Source: Bugula neritina (Eukaryota > Animalia > Bryozoa). Taken from it: a stretch of DNA of 64,000 bases. The stretch's first letter is position 1, and the number at the start of each line of letters is the position of its first letter. The stretch covers positions 32,354,042 through 32,418,041 of the forward strand of contig OZ037767.1 of NCBI GenBank assembly GCA_964035545.1, in the 5' to 3' direction. A model generated the notes under the pieces. That model had not been told where the DNA came from and did not search any database. It worked only from the letters and a program-made list of their open reading frames with translations. Below, piece by piece: positions 1 to 34,295 of the stretch. The position numbers were made by a program, and so were the translations under genes.

Positions 1-337
1 CTATAATTAGTTATAAAATGCAAGGCTAGAAACTCTTTCTTATGAAACACATTTTTTAAAGTCATTTTCCAAGCGTTTTTGGCTTCACAACTCAATGAGC
101 ATAATTTCTGTAAAAATAATTTTTGCATTTGGGAATTTAATAATTTTAATTTTAGCTCAAAGAAATATTGTCCAATTAGGTTTTTACATTTTTGGCCTGG
201 CTGTTGCCTCCATAGTATTCTAAATGTACTGCTACGTGTTCTACTGTTGGTTTTGAGGTATTACTTGTAGTTGGTTATTACTGAATGCTTGGTTGCCTAA
301 ACATGTTCTTTCACAAAAGTCTTGAAACTGGTTACAG

Positions 338-21098
<20,761 letters not shown>

Positions 21099-21162
21099 AT
21101 TCACTTTTACTGAACATCAGACGTTGGCTTAGATGTTCTGTTTTTAGTTGCATGTCAGTGAT

Positions 21163-21620
21163 TTGTTACCAAGAGTACTCACTCACAGTTAATATGACTT
21201 GTTACCAAGAGTGAGTACTAACTCACAGTTAATATGACTTGTTACCAAGAGTACTAACTCACAGTTAATATGACTTGTTACCAAGAGTACTAACTCATAG
21301 TTAATATGACTTGTTACCAAGAGTGAGTACTAACTCATAGTTAATATGACTTGTTACCAAGAGTGAGTACTCACTCATAGTTAATATGACTTGTTACCAA
21401 GAGTACTAGCTCATAGTTAATATGACTTGTTACCAAGAGTGAGTACTAGCTCATAGTTAATATGACTTGTTACCAAGAGTGAGTACTAGCTCATAGTTAA
21501 TATGACTTGTTACCAAGAGTGAGTACTAGCTCATAGTTAATATGACTTGTTACCAAGAGTACTAGCTCATAGTTAACATGACTTGTTACCAAGAGTACTA
21601 GCTCATAGTTAATATGACTT
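21163..21620. repeat. 36/40-bp minisatellite in the presumed BRWD3 3' UTR
   Basis: TGACTTGTTACCAAGAGT(GAGT)ACTAGCTCATAGTTAATA about 12 copies. Confidence 0.92.
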
Positions 21621-22471
21621 GGCAATTCTTCGCTTGATACAAGACCAATATTGTAAATGTACCAACTCAAATTTTAACTGTTAACACTATTTAATCTTTT
21701 GTTCATAATTGCTGTTGCAGCTTTTTTTTAATATCATTTCTTATTATTATGGATGTTTGTTACAATGCTTCTAATGAGTTGTTTCTCTCAACAATGAATA
21801 TCTGGTTGATGCTGCTAGCCCATTTCATTAGAAAGCTTCTACTCTACTGACCCTAACATAAGCATAAGGGCTGATTCAAGGTGAAGGTCATACTGCATAA
21901 TCTTTTTAGAGTAAGTCGAATATTCAGTCAACTGTTGGACTACTACAGTAAAGGTTAGTAACTGGAAGATGTATTTATTTGCATAAGCACTTCAGCAAAG
22001 ATATCTTGCATAAATTTGATAAGAGAGGATGTAATTACATGATGGGTCTTGAAGTCAATGCGCTTATTAAACAAGTTGGTTATGAAGTAGAGCCATGCAA
22101 TTCACTACAATTATTTTATTGGAATTTTTATTGGTTTTCATATTTTTAAGCTAAACAGAAAAATTAGGAAAAAAATCGAAAATAAATAAAGATTTATTTG
22201 AGCGAAAAATGGCAAGCAAAAATTAAGTAACAAAAACTGGAAATTGCCTATAATTGAGAGATCTTTATGCTAGTAACTTAAGCACATCAATTATAAATAA
22301 CAAACAAAAAACAGTAACATTGTTCATTTACTGCATTCATTAAAGACATGCATAGTTGGTTTAAAAGCTAAGAATTGAAATAAAATAAAGATAACTTGAA
22401 AGTTGAAGTTAAATAGATTGTCTATATTGCATACTAGAAAGCTGCACGTTTGGTCAATAAGAAATAGAACT

Positions 22472-23938
22472 TTAGCCAATAGCGTTTAGACCTTCAAATA
22501 TGAGCGTATCCTTGAAGGGTACAAGTTTACCTTTAGCTGCTTCTTTGGCTATATCTCTCATGTGTTTCAAAGTTAATATGTTGGCATACAGAAAAGAGAA
22601 ATGCTTATATTGAACATGGCGGTACTTATTGACTATTTCCTGGACTTTGTGACGAAGAGAACGGAGACGGTGCCGAGGTAGTCTGGGGTAGAGATGATGG
22701 ATGACTTGATACTGGAGGCCACCGTGGAACCAGTCCATATACCTCGAGCAGTCCACGTCTAAAGTAGTCCGCAGTTGATACTCAAAATAACTTTCACCAT
22801 CTTTCTGATACTGCACTTCGTCAAACGTCTCCATAATGAAATGACTAAGACAGATTTGAACATGGATGATGCCGACAGTGGCATTGGCTATATACCAGAA
22901 GATCAGTCTGCTGGACCATGTGGGACACAAGTATACGAGATAACCCCACCATGAGTAAAACACAAGTAGGTTAGACAACTCCAACACTTTCAACACTCCC
23001 TTGCACTTAGCATGAGTTAGAGCGAATATAAGGGACTGGGCGTGCAGATTGACTCTAGCTATGGTCATTATAGGGAAATACAACACATGCTGATAGCAAA
23101 CAAGAAATCTAGAGATTTGATTAAACGGCATGAAGGCATCCCAATAGCTGGAAAATATCCCCGCACCTTTGCCGGTAACATATTTAAACATTTTGTTGGA
23201 AATAGCAAACACTGGTAGGTGCTGTATATCCGGGTCATGTGACACAACGTTGGTGGTGACGTGATGCGTCTCGTGGGAGTGTTTCCACCACGAAATTGAT
23301 AAACCAGTGAAGGCGTTTCCGACGAGATTACCAAACAGGCGGTGCTTCCAGGAGCCTTTGCTAAACACACTGCTGTGTCCGATGTCGTGGCCAATGAAAT
23401 TTGACTGCTGCCAAAATAGTCCAATGAGAAATGAACTGAGGTAGAGAGTATACTTTGGTGGTTTGCCCTCATCAACTGAGAGGCTGTCGAAGAACAGATA
23501 CAGGGCAGCTGAGAACATGAGCAGAGCATATAAAGTCTTCTTAATGAAATACATGGTGTCTGGAATGTACCAACCATTTTCCTCTAGCCATTGCCCCAGT
23601 TGGCGGAACTCTTTGGTGATAGCAGCACTGGAGTCACTGCTACTACTACAGCCTTCAAGATCTCCAATGTACCAGCTCTCAATCTTCTTGCGCCACACTT
23701 CCGGTTTGTGGAACTGATTAATTAAATCCGTGGCGTCTCTGCCACCCACATTGGTTATTGCAGCCTCCCCTCCTGGGTGGTACTTTACCCAGCGAGTAAC
23801 ATCATACACACCGTTATTCACTGCAATCCAGATGGAAGGAAGGGAAGAATGCTGCTTCAGTTCATCTCGAGTTATTAGCCGACGTCCAGGTGACCTGTGA
23901 CCTCCATTTTCATCAGCACTTTGCACCATCTTCTCCAT
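22472..23938 (-). CDS. Cytochrome b5-fused front-end desaturase, delta-8 sphingolipid desaturase (SLD)-like, intronless CDS, ~488 aa
   Basis: HPGG heme motif; His boxes GHDIGH, HSHETHH, QVIHH; start at MEKMVQ (ATG 23938) preferred over the upstream low-complexity extension. Confidence 0.92.
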   Translation of the reverse strand: MEKMVQSADENGGHRSPGRRLITRDELKQHSSLPSIWIAVNNGVYDVTRWVKYHPGGEAAITNVGGRDATDLINQFHKPEVWRKKIESWYIGDLEGCSSSSDSSAAITKEFRQLGQWLEENGWYIPDTMYFIKKTLYALLMFSAALYLFFDSLSVDEGKPPKYTLYLSSFLIGLFWQQSNFIGHDIGHSSVFSKGSWKHRLFGNLVGNAFTGLSISWWKHSHETHHVTTNVVSHDPDIQHLPVFAISNKMFKYVTGKGAGIFSSYWDAFMPFNQISRFLVCYQHVLYFPIMTIARVNLHAQSLIFALTHAKCKGVLKVLELSNLLVFYSWWGYLVYLCPTWSSRLIFWYIANATVGIIHVQICLSHFIMETFDEVQYQKDGESYFEYQLRTTLDVDCSRYMDWFHGGLQYQVIHHLYPRLPRHRLRSLRHKVQEIVNKYRHVQYKHFSFLYANILTLKHMRDIAKEAAKGKLVPFKDTLIFEGLNAIG

Positions 23939-26359
23939 GTCAAGAGTAACGCTGAGATGTTTAGGCTGTCTGTCTGTTTGTCTGTAGAGACTCTGGTGAG
24001 ACGGGGGGGGGGGGGGGTGTTGGTGAGAGAGATACGGGATGGTGGTAGGTTTACAACTGTGCTGACATGTTGCTATTCTGGCTCTCAGTTGCTGTGGAAT
24101 AAATAAAACATTGATTGTTACTTCAAGACTGCAACGGGTGCGAAATGTTGAAAGTTCCAGTATAAAATGAGTTTGATTGTTCATTAGCAAACGAAATGTC
24201 TTAAAAAAGGTTTAAATATGAGAAGACTTTCATAGTATTCATGTATGTATGTAGTTTATTATACTGAATCCCTCAAGAAGCATGGAGAAGGTAACAGAAT
24301 AGGTCAAACTAATCATCAGGCCATACAACAGCTGATCATACAATGAATTGTTTGCATGTGCAAACTTTGCTGATTGGGTAAGCAGTACTTCGTTAACATA
24401 GGGATTTATATCACGAGTAGTAAAGTCTATTATTACATTAGATATAGTGCAATATATTAGTTAGTCCTGGGGGGGTATAAGTTGATTATTGGACACGAGT
24501 GGTTTAGTATCAGCTGTAGTGTAGCTGATGGGCAGAGTAAAGATATTGACCAGAGCAGTAACTACATTAACTAGCAGTATACAGTCTACAGGGATTTGGC
24601 CACAAGTGTTAGCAATGTCACAGCTGAGGGCAGAATCTAAGTAACAAATGTCCCCCAAGCTCCCCTATAATGTAGACTTATAACATACAATTAGCTCTAA
24701 TTGTAGCTTACACACACGCACGCGCACACACCATGATAGATGATAGAAAAAGGTTACAATTCAGTCAATTAGGTTAGACAACAAGTTGGAAAGCAAGTCC
24801 TATCAGTGCTAGCTTCTATAGGGCGATAAGATTTGAGGGAGTGATGCGCGCGCCGTAGTTAGTATAGTAGAGCTCATGGTGCGATGCATCAGCTGATCTC
24901 TTTCTATATATAACGTACGTCAAGTCATTATCAGGTGATGTTTTACAATCTAACGAGCACGTTGCCCTTAGTCATGCACGCATGTCGTGTTATAGGGGCT
25001 GGTAGCATTTCCATAATTTGTAGTCTCACATGGCATGGCTTGACAAGAGAAACATTAGCAGTTCGTCTAAGCCTTAGAAATTTCAACAGCTAATCTATCA
25101 ACTAGCACATGGTAACACTCATACTACAGATCACCTATGCTGAAAGTTTACTTTTTAATTTAAGTTTCTAGTTATTGGATTAGACTTTAGAGTTTAAAGC
25201 ATGAAGCTCAGCAAAACTATCTCCTATTGCACACAAGTAACATGCCTTGATGCAAGTATGTAAACACTACCTATCACAACAGCCAACAGCAATTTTTGCC
25301 TCATTGAAAAAGCAGAACAGTTCAAAGTTTTCTTTAACAGCACGGCTACATAAATCAATATTTACTGCCTTTCCATGCATGGAGCCAAGGCTACTTATCC
25401 AGTCAAAGCTCCTTTCAATGGTGAAAATCAATGATGTAATTGGATACAGATGTATGTAAAGGCATTAGTTATGGCTAAAGACAACAGTCTGGTATACAAT
25501 TAATTAATACAGAGAACTTTTTTTCTCTTCCCTGAACAGGGTGGGTGCAGAATTGCAAATTTTTCACAAAGCAACATGTTGTAGAACTTCATAGCAATTT
25601 TTGAATTTTTAGTCTATCACTAAAACTTTATTGCTAGACTACAAAAATAGTTCAGGCTTCGCCTAGTAACTGCAAATTACTAAGTGACTGTGAGTGTTGC
25701 TTCGAATTTTTGAGGAAGGTGCCGTAATGGTAAAGTGAGAAAAGCTTGTGTTCTAGATAAAAAATGTTGCAAAAAAGTTACGTTGGTGCAAAATATTCAA
25801 CCAGCGCCCCAAAACCAAAATGATAAAAAGAAATTTATAAAACTTGGGCTTTCTCCATTACTGTTCCTAAGTGAAATTTTTGAAGGATAATATTAATTCT
25901 CTTCCCATCGTTTTATCATTAGTTTGGTTATAGTTGAACAATTACAGTCAATGCTCAAAAAAACTAACAACATTTAAATCTTAACCTACCCTATTTGAAA
26001 CCAACAAGTGAAAGAGATGACTAAACTCTCAAGTCTTGAAATTAATCAACTCATTCAACTAATAGTAATACTACTTACTAGTATATTTATTTATTATTTA
26101 TAAATTATAAGTCAAAATGATATTATTCCGCAGTCGTCTTATGATGATGAAAATATAGCCATAGTTTTATTATAATCAATAATTAAACAAATATGAATAT
26201 AACTCTAACTGCAAATCACTATGACTATCAGATTCAGTGTGAACATCATAAAGTGAAATCACCGTGATCATCATTTTAATTTTAGTTTTAAACTTGGTAA
26301 AACTAACAGTAACTCAACCCAGTTCAGTAACTGTAAGTAAGTTAGACTTAGTTGATACA

Positions 26360-26645
26360 ATCGCGCTAGTAGTAGTACTAGCCCTAGGACTACGTCTACT
26401 ACTGCTGCTACGACTACTAGTACTAGTACTACTAGTACTACTACCAGTAGTAGTACTACTAGTACCACTAGTAGTAATACTACTACTAGTACCACTACCA
26501 GTAGTAGTACTAGTAACACTAGTAGTAGTAGTAGTAATACTTATAGTTATACTACTAGTATTAGTTTCAGTTTGTTTTATTTTTAACTTTGTAATTACTG
26601 TTACTATTAGTATTAGTATTACTATTAGTATTACTATTACTATTA
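26360..26645. repeat. (CTA/GTA/TTA)n microsatellite
   Basis: Directly visible. Confidence 0.8.
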
Positions 26646-28699
26646 GATCTACTTCTATATTAAGATATATTTACATAAACTGTCAGTGTCCAAGTCTACA
26701 GTCAAAGTTTTCCTTTAGTTTTTTTATTACTGTTTTAGAGTTACTGTTTGTCTTAATAATGATAGTCATATTAATACTCATACTGTAAGTGTAAGTGTAA
26801 CACTAACACTAACACAGTAAGTGTAACAGCTGGACGCTAGCGTAAACGATAACTAAAAATAAAGTAAGTTAGTTAGCTTTGGGATTTTAATTTTACCGAA
26901 TAGAAGGTTCAGTTCAATTTTCCTTCTGTGGTTATTTGTGTGTTAATTTTACTCACCGAGTAATGGGAAGCTTTGTCTAATCTGATGAAATACTCGATTA
27001 AGGTTACTTGGTCTTGTACGCCTGTTCTCCACAGGTTGAGCGATGAACACTATTGTAAAAAATGAATGAACGTGCGCGAAAGAAGCTGCGTGCCTGAAGT
27101 GTGATTTCCATAGCGATGTAGAGTCACGTGATTCACCGGCTTTCCCTGTATCGACCTGAAACATGTGCTCAAATCCGTCGTTTTTCCATGATAGTGTCAG
27201 ATCGGTCTTACAGGATTGTTAGGCTTGAAATTACGCAGCAAATAGCTAATGAAAGCAAGTTTTACTAGCCATTTAAATTCAATTTAAATGCTCTCACTTT
27301 TTGTACTTTCTACCGTCTATAATTTTTTATAATTGAGTTTTCTCAATCATAGTACTGAAAGTCAAAGTTTTGGCGTCTGAAAATGTGGCTATCGTAATTA
27401 TTAAGTAATTTGCTTAGTAATTACCAATAAGTTATCATTTTTATTAGCGGACAACATTTTAGCGAGCAGTCATTTTTCTACTTCTCGGATCGATCTTTTG
27501 TCTTTCCATAGATCGATCCATGGAAAGCCGTTGAAGCACCTCCAAATTTGGAGTGCGGCAATTTGGTGTTCTAAAGTTTGGGAACCTAACTCCAAACTTG
27601 ATCACCTTGAAATACGGGGCTCGCTCACCCCTAACTTGAATCTGCTTGCTTATACAGCAATTTTACTCATAGGGGCGCCATTGTGCTGCATATTGCGGAG
27701 CGTGACTTAATGTACGATATACTTTCTGGTTATAGTGAATGGTTTTGTAACTAATTGAATTTTATTCAACAATAGTCACAACATTTTAAAAATATTGTTG
27801 ACAATATATGTATATTACAATCTTTATTGTTATAATATACTATATCTTTTTTGCAACTTTTCTTAGAAAATCAATTGAACATTATAGTTTTAACATGGCT
27901 TCTGGGTTACAGAATTTGATTCACTACTCCATCTGAAAGAATCAGTTACAAGTATCTCCCACAGACCTTCAGTTGCTATACATTATACAGTTGAAACCCA
28001 GCTTAGATAAAAGAAATCAACTATAATTTCTTCAACAATGCAATATTGCAAAGTTTTTTAAAATAAAAATGAGTATAGGCTATTTCTAACAATTTTAGTA
28101 TCCAAAATCCATAATTTTGATAATTTTACATATATAGTTCATAAACATCTCTGATACAAATGATAAAACTATTTAACACCGAGTGTAGACTTTATCATAT
28201 TGATTGTAACAAAAATTTACCTTTAAGCTTATATCTCACTTACACAACACCAAACAATTCCATTGCTATCGCTATAATTACTATTGAATTTAATATTCTT
28301 ACATTAATAACATGTAAAAATATTTTGTTTTATGATGGAGCTAAACTCAAACCTGAAATGGAATTTTCTTTTTAAATATGATAGTATATACTAACTATAT
28401 ACATATACACTGCATAGATTTAAATATTTATTTTAGTTTTTTATATAGAAAAAGTTCAAAACGACTATAATATAATGTCTAATGAAAAAAATACCACCGA
28501 TTTGTTCTTTCTACTTACATTAATTTTTAGTTTAAGAATTTTTCTATAAGTGAAGGATGTCTTCAAGGTGAAGGACATCTTTAAGGTGACAGTCTAGGAC
28601 TACTCTAGTGTGTTAACTAAATGTGGATAAGCACAGTGAAACATTTGCAATAGGACTCTCATCTCTACAGACTAGTTGGAATACTTTCTTTACACACAG

Positions 28700-28922
28700 T
28701 GAGAACAAGGTAACACAGCAAGAATAAGGTAACACAGCAAGAAAAGAGTCACACAGCAAGAATAAGGTGACACAGTCACACAGCAAGAATAAGGTGACAC
28801 AGCAAGAAAAAGGTAACACAGTAAGAAAAGAGTCACACAGCAAGAAAAAGGTGACGTACAGCAAGAATAAGGTGACACAGTCACACAGCAAGAATAAGGT
28901 GACACAGCAAGAATAAGGTGAA
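28700..28922. repeat. 18/25-bp repeat (ACACAGCAAGAATAAGGT) downstream of GM2A-like copy A
   Basis: Directly visible; paralogous array at 51790-52097. Confidence 0.88.
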
Positions 28923-29048
28923 GAATAAAATTATGTTACACTTAGATACCTTTTACAGCATGAGTCAATGCAATTATTTTGTTTAGAAGTCTTTATATTT
29001 GAAACATTTCATTCAAAGTACATTTTACCAAAAATAAAATATATTTAT

Positions 29049-30564
29049 TTAACAAACAATTCCTTTCAAGTTTTCAGGACAATCTATTGTGGGAGCAACT
29101 TCAAGGTCCATGTTCATACAGCCAACCAGTTTGTCATTGTTTGTGGTGTCTCTCAACTCAACTTTAACAACATATCCCCCCTATAAAATAATATATAGTA
29201 ATATAATAATACATGACATGTAACAGTAATATATAGCATATAATAATAACATAACAGAATAAATACAATAATTTTACTGACCTCAATAAGCCATCCAGGC
29301 AATCTTTCCTTAAAAGAAGACAAGTTTACCAGCACTTTATCCTTAGTGGCTATACGCTGGGCAGGGAAAGGACATTTGCAAGGAACCTTGTACTCCTCGA
29401 AGAAAGAAGGGCAGGAGTTAGTTTTAATCCATTCTTGTAAGAGAGGGAAATCGCATGATCCTTTATATTCGCTGCACATAAAACAGACAAATATACCACT
29501 TACCATGTACAAATATACCACTTACCATGTACAAATATACCACTTACCATGTACTAATATACCACTTACCATGTACCAACTTACCACTTACCATGTACTA
29601 ATATACCACTTACCATGTACCAATATACCACTTACCATGTACCAATATACCACTTACCATGTACCAATATACCACTTACCATGTACCAATATACCACTTA
29701 CCATGTACCAATATATCCTTCAACGCCTGCATTAGGGATAGCTCCAATATTTGTGCAAGGTGTCTACAAATAGATGTATATATGCGTAGTGCATACCCAC
29801 ATTAGTCTGCAGGTATAAAGTTGCAAGCCAATATGATTGCTCACTCAACTTGTTTGAAGCAGTATTTTTACAAACCTCCCAGAGAAAGTTGCCAAGGTTT
29901 CGTTTCTTCAAATTTACACTCATTCTGACTCCATCTCCAATTTGATTGAATGTTTCCACATCTACCGCCACGGTGATGTTATTATTAAAGTTGAATGGCA
30001 TAGGGGAGATATCAATGTTGTGGAACTTAATGTATGCATCGCTAGGGCCTGGTAAAAATCAATGTATAGTGTCACTATTCCAAATATAGCACATTATTAG
30101 ATTATAGCACATAATAGAATATAGCGCATATTAGAGTATAGCACATATATTATAATATAGCACATATTAGAATATAGCGCATATTAGAGTATAGCACATA
30201 TATTATAATATAGCACATATTAGAATATAGCGCATATTAGAATATAGCACAAATTAGAATATAGCACATATTAGAATATAGCACATATCAGAATATAGCA
30301 CATATTAGAATATAGCACATATTAGAATATAGCACAAATTAGAATATAGCACATATTAGAATATAGCACATATCAGAATATAGCACATATTAGAATATAT
30401 CACATATCAGAATATAGCACATATCAGAATATAGCACATATTAGAATATATCACATATCAGAATATAGCACATATATTATAGCACACATACCACAATCTG
30501 TGACCACACTAACAGCAGAAGCTAGAGCAAAGCTCAGAACGAATGCTACAACACGAGACAGCAT
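29049..30564 (-). CDS. GM2A: Ganglioside GM2 activator-like (ML domain) secreted/lysosomal lipid-transfer protein, copy A
   Basis: Exons 30564-30492, 30048-29876, 29763-29702, 29471-29282, 29180-29049 with consistent phases. Signal peptide MLSRVVAFVLSFALASA, then TDCG, WETPC..YIGTCEY..SCD, CP...VPCKCPF, LPGWL, LVGCM (GM2-AP cysteine pattern). Confidence 0.85.
29490..29715. repeat. 22-bp repeat spanning the GM2A exon 3 donor (TATATTGGTACATG|GTAAGTGG on - strand)
   Basis: About 10 copies; about 17 copies in copy B (52664-53050). Confidence 0.92.
30082..30485. repeat. 17-bp minisatellite filling GM2A intron 1 (ATATAGCACATATTAGA)
   Basis: About 400 bp here, about 1120 bp in copy B. Confidence 0.93.
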
Positions 30565-32739
30565 GGCTACTTGGCAAGTAATGGCGGAGAGAGGAATGCT
30601 AAAGGCTTTTATTTGATGGTGCAGAGTGTGTGAGAGCCTCGCCACATGACTCTTTGATAACCAGCTGATGCTCGTTCACAAACTGAAAGCTGGGTTACAC
30701 ACATCCTGTTAATGACTCTTGCTCTGTGTGTGTTAATACATACTTGTATACCCCCTCCCCTCTCCCCGTGACTGAGACCTCTGTGTGCGTGTGTGCATGC
30801 GTGTGTGCGTGCGTGCGTGCGTGCGTGTCTGTGTGTCACATGAACTTGTATTAACAAATGATAGAAACTATGTTTACTGCTATTGTACCATACTTCATTG
30901 TTAAGCAGCACAAGTGTTGATGTGTAATATAGCAATACCATAATTTAAGATAGGTTTGTGTCTTTAGAAATGTACTAAGAGAGTCGCCCAGTTAGAACTC
31001 ACAAGCAAATTTCTGCCAAAAGTGTTACACATTATATTTATTCATAGAAATACAGCATTACTACATCCACTGCAGCTTTTTTGCGGCGAAGTCCCGCCTT
31101 ATGACGCATCAACCACGTGACCTGTTCTGGACGACAGGCGCAGGCGACATTCCAAGGTCACTCATAATCCGACTGACCGACCGCGGAGAGGTAACAAAGT
31201 TTTTCACATCTAGCGATCATATTTGACCACTGCTTCTCAACTGCTTCTCTAACTTTTAAACAAGAAATTTTCCACTCACGCTAAAGATAAATAATCAGCT
31301 CAAACATGTCAGCTAAACCGTAAAGACAATCACAATGTCAATGTGAATGTTGATTGAAAATGAAAGTGATCCGTGTGTTATACTTATACAGTTAATGAGT
31401 TATACTTATACTTATAGTTATACTTATAACTTATAAGTTACAACTTATTTATAGTTATACTTATAGACATCGTTTAAATTATATCACAATCAGTATCACT
31501 ATCAGTGTGACTACCCACTTTCAGTGATTGTAACAGTGGAATTGTTAGTGTTAGGTGTAGTACGAAAATCAATATAACTACGAGCTCTGAGTGTCGCTCT
31601 CACTTTGCTGTATCAGAATACTGATCGCAATACTGAATACTGATACTCATGCTCATACTCACACTTATGACTTAATAGTAACACTATTAGTATTACTCTA
31701 TAATACTAATAATTATAATATCTAAATATATTGTATTCAATCAACTCAATTTGATTTTTATTTTATATTTGTATAGATTAGGTTTTAATTCAAAATTAAT
31801 AAATAATTATGATAATATTAATACCAATAAATTTAATTAAATTTAATATTCTAATAGTAATAGGTTAACACTTAAAAGTTAACTTATTATCGTTATAATT
31901 TAAATTATTGCTATTATAATTACTGGCTTAAAAGTATCAATATTATTATTGAAATAATTTTCATTTTATGCTCTATATTTCTATTAACTGAATTATTAAT
32001 GGTTGTATCACAACTTTTTTGCTGTTGTAACCTTTTATTATCAGCCTAGTTCCACTAGACTGGGTTGGAGAGCATTTTCCTAAAGATATGAGCTGAACCT
32101 AGTAAGGCTGTCTGTTGGATCAGTGGGTATTTGTTTTCAGCTACTCCAAGTAGTGCCATCTTTAATAGAAATATTATTATTATAACTATTATTATAGTAT
32201 CAACTACAATTACTATTGAATTGTCAACAGCCAAGTATCACTATGGTTATGAGAGCCAGCATATGCATATTAATATTTTATAGCTTATACTATAGTGTCT
32301 GAGTTGGAGTAAGAAGTTACTAATTTGTTTTGTGCAAAAATTAGAAACAGTAAAGTGAGTAAACACAATAACTACTCTCAAATGTGATATTGCATGGTTG
32401 TTAAAACAATAACCCTTTCTTCAGCATAGAGGCAGTAATGATGACTTTTGAGTAATCGTATGACTTGATATTTTAATGATTTGCAGTCTTTACGTTAATG
32501 CATTATAAGCAATGCTAGTTCACAACTAACAAGTATCAACTTATTGTATCAGACAATTGAAATATGGTGGAAGTGAGTTTAGAGCTATTCTACACATTTT
32601 ATAGTGAACATAAGTTTTGACCAGTGGACAAATAGAAACATTAATTGAAAATAGCTACTAAATTGCTACTAATGCTAAAAACTTTTGGTTTAGTTTCAAT
32701 AGCTACTAAATCTAATTCTCACCATTTTTCACCATAACC

Positions 32740-34295
32740 TTTTCAATCTTTGCGGGTAACAGGTTTCTGCATAGCCAACGAAATTAGTGATTTCCATCTG
32801 ATTCTATCACTCGCAATCTGCTATTTAATTTCCATGCTTTCGTATCAAATTTGATTGCGTCCATCCACTGATGTTCTGGTTTTCCTCTCTTTCTCTTGCC
32901 GTCGACACTTTGTGTCCTACTCTTTGTCTTTCCAGCACACATGTCCATACCATTAAATTTTTCTTTTTTTCATCAACACCGTCACTGGTTTTACTCTTGC
33001 CATGTGTAGTAAATATCTAGATATCAAGTTATCCCCCTTGGCCCATTCCCATAACTAGTGCTACAGACACAGTCTCAGTCACATTAATACTTATGATTTA
33101 CTCCTTTCTTTATTCTTACAACAATAACTCATTACAATACTTGGTTGATCCTTTTTCTTTATACTTGTAAACCGACAGATGTGTCGATATCGGCAGGTGG
33201 CTACAGGCAGACCGAATGTCGGTTGCCGACATGTCCAGTGTCGGTAACCGACATGACGAATGTCGGTACCCCTGCCGAATATCGGCTCCGCTGTCGGTGG
33301 AATGTTCTGGAAGGCCCAAATCCCTGTCCTTTGTTAGTATAAAAGGCACGCGTTTTTACCCAGCTCAGCACTTCAGCGCTGGAGTCTGAGCTGTATACAT
33401 CTTTGCTACAATAAAGATCACTATACACACACGAAGTCACACCACTCTTGTCTCTTCTATAGCAAGGAGTTATGTTCTCTGCCTGATTTCATTCTATCAC
33501 CCACAAAACTACTACACATGTCTCTGATCGCCTCATTCCTCTTGTGTTCTTCAAGACTGATGCCGTGGATGTATCGCAGCTTCCTCGTTTCCGTAGACGT
33601 AATACAGTGTTCTAGGTGATGTATGAGCAACCATATCTCATTGCCATACAGCATTGTAGGTCAAATACACACTTTTTACATACAGATCTTTAGTCTTGTT
33701 AGAACTTTCCTGCCACACAACACACCAGCTAATTATTTCCATTTGTCCCACGTCTTTCCTATTCTTTTCTCCACCTCTGCTTTGCATTCTCCATAGTTTC
33801 AAGATAAATAGGTGATTTTGTCTGTAGAAGCTCAGCATATTCCTTCATATCATATTTGCTTATTTTCAATTTAGCTGTGTTACTCGCTGGTACCAGATGT
33901 TCAGTGTTTTCTTCTACTCAGTTTTAGACCCCCTACCTCCAGACACCTTCTCCATATCTCCAATCTTTCCTCACTGGTGTTCAAATTGCTTTCACACAAA
34001 ACTAGGTTATTCGCAAACAGCATTGCCCATCGGGCCTCCTCTCCTATTTTTTCTGGGAGGATGTCAATGATAATAATAAACAAGAAGGGGCTTAAAGCTG
34101 AGCTTTGATGTAAACCTTATATACTTATATCCTTTGTCTCTCCTACTGTTGTGGACACCCTTGTCTTGCACTCCTTGTACATATCCTGAATAATACTAAC
34201 ATAAGCGTCTGGGACAAGTTTTTTCTTCAGGCAGTAACATACTCTCTAGGTACTGTGCTGTATACTTTCCCTAAGTCCAAAAATACTAGATGGGG
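32740..34295 (-). mobile_element. Degenerate RTE-clade LINE (RT fragment), interrupted
   Basis: Minus-strand remnants GLHQSSALSPFLF, WAMLFANNLVL (FADD-derived), WRRCLEVGGLKLSR, MLYGNEIW, ETRKLRYIHGIS..RNEAIR; many stops and frameshifts. Confidence 0.75.
33165..33463 (+). mobile_element. Possible solo LTR nested in the LINE
   Basis: GC-rich block with TATAAAA (~33338) and AATAAA (~33410) in LTR-like order; termini and TSD not confirmed. Confidence 0.35.

Larger units (their letters stand above)
28032..31385. repeat. Segmental duplication, copy A (direct repeat of 50445-55418)
   Basis: Collinear high-identity match from TCAACAATGCAATATTGCAAAG to GATCCGTGTGTTATACTT. Confidence 0.95.

Noticed and set aside
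23939-24190. 84-aa N-terminal extension of the desaturase ORF
   Set aside because: Non-ATG first codon, poly-C and microsatellite content and a likely acceptor site; probably UTR or intron.
24662-24998. Possible old MITE (CCCCTATAA ... TTATAGGGG)
   Set aside because: Only 9 bp of clean inverted match and no TSD.
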